Origin: Antedon mediterranea
Taxonomy: Eukaryota > Animalia > Echinodermata
Direction of reading: 5' to 3'
Length of the DNA stretch: 64,000 bases
Assembly: GCF_964355755.1 (NCBI RefSeq)
Contig: NC_092676.1
Span: forward strand, 20,850,871 to 20,914,870
Both the position numbers and the translations under genes were made by a program. The notes beneath the pieces were generated by a model. That model saw nothing but the letters and a program-made list of their open reading frames with translations. It did no database searches and was not told where the DNA came from. Within the stretch, counting starts at the first letter, position 1. The number at the start of each line of letters is the position of its first letter. This document shows, piece by piece, positions 40,202 through 50,615 of this stretch.

Positions 40202-43200
40202 TTATGCATTACACTTATCTGAAACTAGACGGAGTGCTCGACTTTTATTTAATGATTTAAACAGTTTGTATTCTGCTGGCATGTGGTGGTTAGTGGTGTA
40301 ATTCAGTTTTCGGTTGTCATAGTAATGATGCTTCAATGGTTGACCATTCGGTAGTTCATAAAATGGATAAAAACCATATAAGGAAACACGCCTGCACATT
40401 GTAGCTGCTGCAGTGTACATGATTAACCCCAGCGAAGGATTGTTATTTTTCCAGAATCTATGAACAAACAAAATAACATATGGTTAATAATTGAATTAGG
40501 TATGTTTAAATAATAACAATATGTGTTAGCACTATCATATACAGTTATGTGCATCATCATGTATTAATGTCTACAGTCTACAAACTTTTCTTGAGGTAAC
40601 TAACGTTCATTCAGGAGATATTTGCTTCATATATTATAGAAAGAAAACAAGTTCCAGGCCGCGGTTAAACACCTTGAGATAACATGCGTGTGAACCGTGT
40701 ATTGCAATAAAAAGTGTTGGCATTTTTACATTATGTGTCAATTAAGGTATAATCAGAGTAGGCCTAGAACCAATATAAGACAACTTTACCGTTTTACTAG
40801 TCCAAGTATCCCTCGGTAAGGGTATACAATTTTAACTCTCAATTTATTCTGATTGATGCCAATAACAAGCTTATGTGCAAACGTTGCATTTCTGGTAGCA
40901 TCGAATTTGGAAATCCATACATATGCATAATTAAGCTGGTTAAATGTATCGTAAGAGTTATTATGACATGCATTTGTAGAGTTTGTGAGGCATATACCGC
41001 TTCTCGCAGTAGAAGCATCGTTGAGCACCATCATATCTATTTTACTACCAACGTCTTGTTCAAAACCAATAGTTTGTGCAAGATTTCCTCTAAAAACAAA
41101 GTCGTGTGCATCTATTTCACGTCCACAACTGCTGTTTAGTAGAATACCAGCACTGCCTACAACTGCACAGGATCCTTGCAGAGGAATACTGTCGATATTA
41201 TTAGGTAATTTTGTCATTCGTTTATTCTGTATGAAACCATCCTTGTAAATCAGCGTTAATATCGACGGATTAAATCCAGCTTTGATAAGCCTTTTTCTGT
41301 AATTTAATAATAACAATGTAAGTATGAACATTTTATATTGTAAAAATAAAGAGGAATGAATACGAGAGGTAATGGTAAGCGGAAAAGTGCTTGCTTACAT
41401 AATTAATATGTATCTTCAACCACCCTTCCGCTCCGCTTTTGTGTAAATTTTCATAAAAAAATAACATATTCTATATTTTTGTTTTCCGCTTACATCTACC
41501 GCTCGTCTGTGTAAATTTGCCTTAAAGTATTTAATTTCATTGTTTGACAATAAATGTCTGGGGCTTTTATAGCACGCAAGCCAGAAGTCTCAGCTTAAGA
41601 TTTGGCACGTTAGGCCTGCAATACAGTACAAAAAGTTAAAATTCATAAATACGAATAAAAATGTATGTATTGAAAATAAAAAAACTGACTAAAATCTAAA
41701 TAAAGAGGAAACTACAAAAAATAAAGAGAATATCATTCTTTTCATATCATATCATTTTTTAATCGATTCATGTTGATCAAATGGCTGTAGGCCTAATGGT
41801 ATTATAATTTTAAAATAGTAAAATGTTAACAATGAAATTACCTCATATCAGAAACAGCTTTATCGTCAATGTATTCAACCAATCGACATTTTATAGTTGA
41901 AGAATTCTTTGTCGGATGTGTCTTGTTTCTAAACAAACTTTAATGATTTACGATAGTTTATTTTTATCATTTCTTACGCATGCAATCGTGATTCAATAGA
42001 AAATAAATTAAAAACAGTAAGTTTATTCCATAACCATTTGCGTAACAAAACTAAACTAATATAAATAGCTATACAGTATGCTACAAAGATTAGCTTTTTA
42101 TCATGAAATTATAATGAAAATAAAATAATTTTAAAAATCTGTCGAGAATTGACTTTTCTGTGGAATTTTGAATTCATGTAATAATTTTTACTTAAAAGAC
42201 ATATTGCCCCCCTGAAAAATTAATTCCTATAATTATTTTTAATATGCTATTTTAATATCGCATAAGAGTTATTCATTTTGACCAAAAGATTGGATTGAAA
42301 AAAAAAACATTATTTACCTGAAAAAATTGTATTTTAAAGCAAAAAAATAGTTTTTGGTTGGATTTAACCATTTTTTGAAAAAATTATAAATTTTTTTGTT
42401 TTCGTTTTTTCTACGAAAGTGATTAACTTCATTAACACTACAAAATAACATATTCAAAGTCTGATTTAATTAATCTTCATTTTTCATGTTTTTGGGGGAC
42501 AATAAATATTTGAAGATGTCATTAAATGGAAACAAAAGGCCTTACTGGAATCATTATTTTGCTGCTACCCTTATCATCATCATAATGTATAATTTATTTA
42601 TTATTAATTAATTATTATTTTGAAAATGGTCACCCTTCTCACAAGATGAATTTCAGTAAAGCCGCTACCTCTGAGTGGAACCTTTGGAACCCAACGAAGT
42701 GTCACCTATGGTGTTGGTCTAGTGGTGTTTAAACATTGCTTTTCGTTTATTCTAGTGGTATCCCATGAATGTGTATCCCAAATTAAAGGTTCTATTGTAG
42801 TTGTAACAAATATCATTTTGGATAATATAGGCTTAAATACTAATTGAGATAGCAGAATGTCAAAATGCCTGCAAATCAACCAAAACAGACTTGATATTGT
42901 TCTTTGATAATTGTTATTAATATGCGTGAGTTCCATACCCGTATCTTAACTTAGGTGACGGCGCTTTGAAAGTTCCAAGAAGTCTTCTGAAAAATGGAAG
43001 TTACTAGAATAAATTATTTCATTTAAAAGATTATTATTCCTTTGTAATATAATACATAAAACTGAAAAATATGCGATTTAGAACCAATAGCAAGCATTTA
43101 GCAACAATTTATTAATGTAGATCTGATGAAAAACTATCACTTTCAGGACAACAATTAAATGTAGCTATATTTCATTATCTTTAATATAAGAATGAATTAA

Positions 43201-43733
43201 TTATTTTTCATTTACGACATGGCGTATAAAATAAACACAATTATCCTGGTTGATCTGACCGTACAGGTTCTACTGTACAAGTTGTAAACGTTTATAGTTT
43301 ATTAATACAGTTAGGAAATGCGCTTGCATGGATGAATAATGTTTAGTACGGTAACAACTTATTCTCATTTTAAAATATTACGGGTGTAACAATTATAGAA
43401 TTTATTCTCTAGACTTAAGAAAACGCTTAAATTGTGTACTAAATTTACCTAAATCTTTATAAGTTTAAAATCTTGAAGTTAACATTGTAAATTATAGTTT
43501 TGTTATGTAGAAGATGCATGGCCTCTGGCTTAATACAGTATATAAATGCGAGGCATATTCGCTTTGTTGGTTTGAGTTATGGATATTCAATCTTACAGGA
43601 TACAACGTAAAAACAAACTTACTTACAGATTCTCCGTTGTTAGATTTTCTATAATAGTTAATACCACCGTGATTGCTCCAAAAATGAACAAAGTATTTCT
43701 TCGAGTTAGTAACGGTTGTGCCCATATCTCCAT
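40202..43733 (-). CDS. Alpha-2,8-sialyltransferase-like protein (GT29, ST8Sia family), copy 4; 5 exons, 334 aa
   Basis: Exons 43733-43627, 42986-42939, 41928-41842, 41296-40790 and 40457-40202; GT-AG, phase 2, 1005 nt open. All sialylmotifs and the C-terminal Cys are present. An alternative first exon lies at 48379-48270. Confidence 0.9.
42192..42512. mobile_element. TTAA-type (Kolobok-like) non-autonomous element; second copy at 55770-56040
   Basis: TTAAAAGACATATTGCCCCC ... GGGGGACAATA. Interior near-identical to 55776-56030. Confidence 0.65.
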
Positions 43734-43994
43734 TATGTTAACAAATCAAATAATATTGTGTAACACGTACAAATAAGAAGCCGATCGTCTGTGTAAATTG
43801 GCTTTAAGTAGACCTGGTAGAACATCGATGTTCTTAAAGTCATTTTCATTGTTTATTAAAGTTGTTTATCATACGGGTCACGACATGCCGTTATGCAATC
43901 CCCAGACACGCACGTGATCGTAAGAGTTGAAACAATAAACTGATTAGTATTAAGCATCACTTGGTCTACTCGTCTTATTTCTACAATAGTTTAC

Positions 43995-45090
43995 AGACCT
44001 CATATCAAACGCAGCTTTATCGTTAATGTAGTCAGCCAATCGATTTATACTTATAGTTGAATAATTCATATGTTCTCAAGAAAATATTATAATAATTTAC
44101 GATTGCTCATTTGATTATAATTTTCTTACACATGCCATCATTCGTGAATTAAAAGAAAATAAATCACAAACATAAGTTTTATTCCGTAACCATTTGCGTA
44201 AAACAACTAAACTAATATAATATTAAACATATATTACAAAGAATGGCTTTTTCATCATCAACATAATTTATGTATTAGGCGCGTACAGTCCAAAACCTAA
44301 TGAGGGAAACCAAACCTTTATTTTGAAAATTGTCACCTTTCTCGTATCATGAATGTGAACTTCTATAAGTTCTTTTTATATGGGTGTTGGTCATTTGTTT
44401 TGATAGTGTTTCCCTGAATACTAAATTAGAGGTTCTGTAGCAGATAATATAGGCCTAGGCATAAACTTAATTGAGATAGCAGAATGTCGGAATGCATGTA
44501 AATCAATCAAAACAGACTTCACATTGTTCCTTGATAGTTATCAATAATATCCGCGAGTTCCACACCCGTATCTTAACTTAGTTGACGTCGCACAGTGGGC
44601 CAGAATCAATTCAAAGTGTGCTAAAAGTGGCAATCCGAACTTTTTAATATTATTAGGAAGAAGACATCTTAAATTATATAAATCCACTAATTATTTTACA
44701 TTTATATATTATATAATAATAATAAGAATAGATAGATATAAAAAGATAATAAAAATAATTGTTGGTTTGAGTTATGGATATTTAAACTTACAGGATGCAA
44801 CATAAAAACAAACTTACAGATTCATTGGATTCTTCGTATTTTTAACAAATCAAATAATATTGTGTAACACGTACTGTGTAAATTGGCTTTAAATGGATGT
44901 TAATTATATTAAAATATATAAGTAAAAGGTTAACAATAACATTCAAAAGTACATTATCTCATATCAAGCACAGCTTTATCGTCAATGTAGCCAGCCAATC
45001 GGCATTTTATAGTTGAAGAATTCATTGCCCGATGTCGTTTCAATGATTTGCGATTGCAATCATTCGTGAATCAAACAAAAACATATCACA
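43995..45090 (-). pseudogene. Decayed duplicates of copy-4 exons 1-3
   Basis: Exon-3-like pieces at ~43999-44075 and ~44958-45040 (donor lost), an exon-2 fragment at ~44566-44590 and an exon-1 remnant at ~44815-44875, each with homologous intron flanks. Confidence 0.75.
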
Positions 45091-45813
45091 GTAAAATAAT
45101 TTTCTCGGGTAAACGGTAAGCGGGAAAAATTGGTCTTATAGTGTAGACTTGCCCCAAGTCTGTATTTATTGTCTTTTTAAAAAAAATTATTTGTTTTCAT
45201 TTCGATCGCGATTTTTGTCTGAAAATACAGACTTGTGAAACACGTATAGAAATCGATTTGCAGACCGCAAACATCCGATAAGAATGACGTAGGTTATCAT
45301 ACCGTATTTGGCTATGTGGGGCGGGGCGGTATCTAAATATGGATTTCGTATCAACCAATGATCATTTTGTTTCAAAATGAAAAAGATCGAGTACGTACGT
45401 ACGTACAGTGCTGAATGTACGATCGAGACTGAACAACTGTTGAAATTAAAATCGTGTTGCCAAGTTGTTTTGTTTATTAATTGTTTAGTCCTGGCCTAGG
45501 CCTGCTTCGTAGGGCTACTCAACTCGTACGTATGACCTGCCAAATAAAACGCCAATAAAGTACATACCACCACCGACCGGCACACAGCAGGGGCTACACC
45601 ACCACACAGAACAGGACAGGGTCTGGGGTGGGATTAAAACAAATTTTCTCCACATAATAAATGATCCATTCAATGTTTGATTTGGCGGAGAAGCTAGCCT
45701 ATCATCACGAGTTTTCATGTTCTTGGGAAAAATCTCATCAAATGTTTACCAGACTACTACTTACTATGCATATAAAATCATTTCTAGCCTTCAAAAACTT
45801 TCATCAATGTACC

Positions 45814-47403
45814 CATGGATTAAAGGATAGAAGGATATGCATCGACGGTGACATCAAACGATTTGACAACACGCTTGCCTATACTAAAGCACTGCTGCCA
45901 ATCAAACATTGAACTCCGTGTCTCTAACGGCGGCCCTCTGTAGAACGCTGCAAATCAACTGCTACATTTTTTTTTTAGACCAAAACGTAACCATGTAGAA
46001 ATCGTATGCGCAGTCTGAATGTTCTATTGACATGTCTGCGTCGATGATTAATTGACAACAAAAATGTATTGCTGAACAATTCTGTTTTAGTTTCATAACA
46101 ATCGGACTACGAAAAGTTCACTTTCTTACGACTGGTAATTTTAAGTAGTTGGTAATATTAATAAAATATGCAATTTTTATATTTGAATTATCATTATTTG
46201 CCTGCCATCTTCTGTCATTAAAAATTGCGTTAATCTATAGAATATTAAATTATGCATTTGACCATGTATGTTGTTAGCGTGTCCGGTGTCCACACATATA
46301 TGGCTAAGCAGTGGTTTCTTCATAAATCTCCTTAATTATCGATGTAATTATATTTAAATTTTAGTGCCTGGTGATTGGCTAGTGGTTATGTCATCATCAT
46401 CACATCCAATCACCGGGACTAATTGAATGAAAACAGCGATCCCTGATCCGGGATTGGCTGGCTATGTATAGTTGCGAAACGTTACCTAGCGGTCGTTTTG
46501 AAAAGTTCACGCAGGGCAAATAAAACTTAATCACGAACAAACGAAGTACCTATTATTATTCACACGTACACAACAACGGTGAGGAGATCATGATTACACG
46601 TTGTATCTACTACAAAGATTAAGATTAGCCTAGGCCTACCTAGGCAGTATCAATGTCGGCAAATCATATGGTTTACTAGTAAGCCTAAGGCCTAGTATCC
46701 TTGCTGATTTTGTAATTTTACATGTAGGCTGAGACAACAAATAAATAGTTATTGTCTCAGATGTAGGGCTACTACAGGTCATTAATGCTAAAAACATTAG
46801 CGTAGATCAATCGCGGCAGAAACCTATACTACAATGCATCTACAATTCTAAGCCAATAACAATATAGTATTGTTTTTATCTGGTATATTGATGAAGTAGG
46901 CCTACACAGGGTCTTCACAATAACATACAATGTAATTTAATAACTGTTTTCAATAAACATTATACTCAGTGGCGTGAGGCAGAGGCCTGAAGCCACTTGT
47001 TTAGGAAATCTAAGTGGCCCTCCAAGTTTCAAAGATCGAGGCCTCGGACGTACGTTTTTAGCATTTTCGACATATTTTATGCCTGTTCCTCTGGGCACTG
47101 CTCATGGGGGCCCCAAGCTTCGGTTTAGCCAGTGAGCGCACATAGCCGTTACGCCACTGATTATACTGTTCAAATATTAATGAATACATACAGTGCAACA
47201 AAGAACGCGCCAAAGAAGCGTAGCCAACAAGGTTAAATGTCGTTGCACATGTGCAGTAAACAATATATTAGGCACGCGACCGTTTCGTTGTTATCATGCG
47301 GTTAATTAAACTGTAACATTGTGGGCGGTCCGCGATCTGTCGGCGAGAGTCAAGGAACCCTTGATCTCACGTCGATGCATATCCTTCTATTCTTTAATCC
47401 ATG
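45814..47403. mobile_element. P-element-like non-autonomous transposon (CATGG..CCATG, 7-bp TSD)
   Basis: ~33-bp TIR CATGGATTAAAG.ATAGAAGGATATGCATCGAC with TSD ATGTACC on both sides. Confidence 0.8.
46967..47159. mobile_element. hAT-type MITE
   Basis: CAGTGGCGT ... ACGCCACTG with a perfect 8-bp TSD ATTATACT. Confidence 0.85.
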
Positions 47404-48269
47404 ATGTACCCAAGTACACATTGTCTAAACGTAACATAGCGCATGCGCATCGTCTTAGATGTTGAGTCTTTGAAATTCTGAAATATGAATATTAAAACGA
47501 CGTACGACTGAGTAGCCAATGGCATGCGGCTGAAACTAGTCAACTGGATAATTTATGCACCACTTATGCGTGTTTCCCCAGACGGAGTATCCAAACTCAA
47601 GTAATACACGTATGAAACGCCATATGTGCAAAATATTTATATTTTTACAAAACTCCGTCTGGAGCCCAGACTAGTCTTAGTGTTAAAACATATTGCTTTT
47701 CGTTCCTTTTAATAGTGTTCCCCTGAATACTATAAATCTCCCCAGGGTTCTGTAGCAAATACAAAACATCATTTTGGATAATATAGGCCTATATATTTAA
47801 TTGAGATAGCAGAATGTCGAATGCCTGTAAATCAACCAAAACAGACTTCACATATAATAATTATGGGTGTGAAGATGATTTGTTTTGTATACCCAAGAAT
47901 CGATTGTATTTGTACTATTTTTACACAAATCTTTATAAGTTTGAAATGTTGATGTTTAACAGCGTGAATGTATTATATTTATTTTTGTTATGGAGAAGAA
48001 CACAGTAAGACTACCTCGCAAATAATGTATATACAGTATACACACAATGAATATTCGCATATGCCTTATTTTATTCGCATCACAACAATCTCTTTTCAGA
48101 ACTATTATTATGCAGTAAGCTACCGTACGTGGTGTATTGCACATTTTTATATCAACACATTGTTTTCGCCATGCAAACGTTCTAACAATATATTCGCACT
48201 GTTTGTTGAGTTTAATGGATATTCAAATTTTATGAAAACTTACAGGATACAACTTAAAAACCCACTTAC

Positions 48270-48379
48270 AGATTTGTTGAATTCTCCGTTGATATATTTT
48301 CTATAGTTATTATAGCAATTGCTCCAAAAATAAACCAAGTAATTCTTCGAGCTAGTAACGGTTGCGACCATATCTCCAT
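48270..48379 (-). CDS. Intact distal alternative first coding exon (TM anchor) of sialyltransferase copy 4
   Basis: MEIWSQPLLARRITWFIFGAIAIITIENISTENSTN plus a phase-2 GTAAGT donor; homologous to 43733-43627 and 37419-37313. Confidence 0.7.
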
Positions 48380-49779
48380 TATGTTACGAACATGTGTTTC
48401 AGAAACACGTACAAGGAAACAAATCGTTAACCCTCACGTCGTTGCTGATAGAATAGGGAAAGTTAAACAAAATCAAAGCACTCGGAAACTGTGAAGAACT
48501 TTGCAAAATATTGTCACAGAGAGGGCGCATGTTGATACTTCGGCCCATATTAAAAGAATAATTTGTTATTTGTGAAGTTATCAATGAACCGATTTTTAAA
48601 ATGTCAATATAGACATGTTCTGTAAGTATATAGGCCTACCGATGCACACAGAAATATTCAAAATGATAACTTGAAAACTGTAGGCGCTTTGTTCTTACAA
48701 ACACACATACAAAGCAAGTACTATTCTATTTGCCTAGTAACAAACACTTTTACTGTTCTGGGGGTCTTCAAATTCAGTATGTTTACGGTAAAGAGGATAT
48801 TAAAATGGTGTATACTATATTATACTGTTTTTCTGTCGTTTTCTAAAGGCCTGTCTACATTATCATACTTTATACGACTAAAAGATGTGATGTGCTCATA
48901 TGAATTCAGTACGAAAATGTTATTAATACAAATGCTACGGTATGCAACGAAAGAAAAAAAAACTACTATGCTATATTATATAACACCTAAATCAATTCCT
49001 GTCATTTGATTGGACGATTGTGGGTCACATGATGTATAGTACGCACTATTGAACGATCGTTTAATGATACTTTTTTTCGTCTACAAAAAAAAAATCTGTT
49101 CGCGTTCGGAATTTTTTTTTATTCTATTGCTTTTGAAATTAGCGATTAGCCAAGGAAGTACATTTTTGGACAGATATGTACTAATTTAGATCAAAAAGGC
49201 ATTTAAATTAACTTTAAACCATTTTTTAGGGTTTAGATTAATTAATGGGAACATTAGCCTAGATGAGTTTCAGTTACCGGTCGAATTGTCGTATTGCTGT
49301 CTTTCAGCCTAGGCCTAGCTAGGCCTAGTAGTAGGCATGTTAGTATTAGGCTATGCCTAGGCGTTTTAGCCTCGCTAGGCGCGGCCTTGGTTTAGGATTG
49401 TTTGGTCGTTTGTTGACATAATTAATACTAACAGTAGGTGCATTTATAAAATCCATATACATAATAATATTTAATATAATTATTAAAAACCAAATGCTAC
49501 TGTTTTAATTAATGTGAATCATTTCTCTTGGATGGACTACCTTTTATTTGATTCTAATGATTGGAATCTATTTAGATGTTATATAAAACAAATAATGAAT
49601 CTTTTATATTCGTGTAATGGTACAAATAATGGCATTTGGTGAATGATGAAAGGCTATATATCAACTCGGCTGTTGCCTCGTTGATATTTAACCTTTCAAG
49701 ATTCATTATTTGTATACTATACTATACTATAGTCAAATTAAAAAGATTTCAATGTTGCATGTTTCTGTGATCTATACCA

Positions 49780-50165
49780 TTTCGAGCGCGCAAACTATTA
49801 TCCAATCACCAACAAGAAGAAGAGAAGAGCAATAACTGTGTGTGGAGTCGAGTGAGTGTGTGTGTGATATTAGTGGTGGGTCTATGTTTGGTGGCGTGCG
49901 CATGCCCTTGAAGCAGACGACAAAAAACGGAGAGAGAGAGCTGAGAGAGAGAGACGGTCGACACGCGGGACCACCACTATAACACCGTGCCGACGCGACG
50001 ACTTCACTTCAATTCACTGTTTATCTAGGCCTAGACTTAGCCTGACCACTTGAAGATTTTTACAAAAGTTCTTTCTTACTATCTAGGCTACCTATATTCT
50101 ATTCTAGGCCTACTATAGGGCCATTCTGTTATTAGAAACTGAAACGCATAAATAAAAGAAACAAG
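49780..50165 (+). promoter_or_regulatory. Probable SYCP3 promoter and non-coding first exon
   Basis: CCAAT at 49802, locally CpG-rich with GAGA tracts, strong donor AAG|GTAAGC at 50165/50166 upstream of the acceptor at 50605. TSS not determinable. Confidence 0.6.
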
Positions 50166-50199
50166 GTAAGCTAAAACTAAAGAGGCCGGCGGTAGAGGC

Positions 50200-50550
50200 T
50201 AGCCAGGCTTAGCTTAGGCCTAGCCTAGGTAGGTCTAGGCTTAGCATAGAGTTACTTCATGTGCCTAGGCATAGGCATAGCCCTCTAGTAGGCCTATCTT
50301 AATAATAGATAGATCATAGATAGAGCGCTAGGGCTAGCCTATCTCCTACTAGAGGCCTAGTCTAGGCTAGGCCTAGGCCTAGAGACCTACTTTACTATTC
50401 AAGCCTCGGCTAGCCTAGCCTAACTAGGCCCTACTAGCTAGAGGAGGCCAGCCAGGCTTAGCTAGCCTAGGCTAGTCAGGAATGTGATGCTAGGATAGGC
50501 CCTACTAGGGCGGCCTAGGCTAGCTAGGGCAGGCCTAGTTAGGCCTACTA
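50200..50550. repeat. TAGG/CCTA/GCTA-rich low-complexity tract in SYCP3 intron 1
   Basis: Dense irregular TAGGCCTA, CTAGG, TAGCCTA and TAGGCCCTA words. Confidence 0.85.
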
Positions 50551-50615
50551 TAAAAAATAAATACAATTTTAAAATAGGCAATGCAATATCAAACTTTTTT
50601 TTAAGGTTCACCATC

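Larger units (their letters stand above)
45144..47673 (-). mobile_element. ~2.5 kb Academ-like non-autonomous element carrying nested insertions
   Basis: TAGACTTGCCCCAAGTCTG ... CCGTCTGGAGCCCAGACTA, the same termini as 30814-30988. Imperfect TSD GTCTTATAGTG / GTCTTAGTG. Confidence 0.7.
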
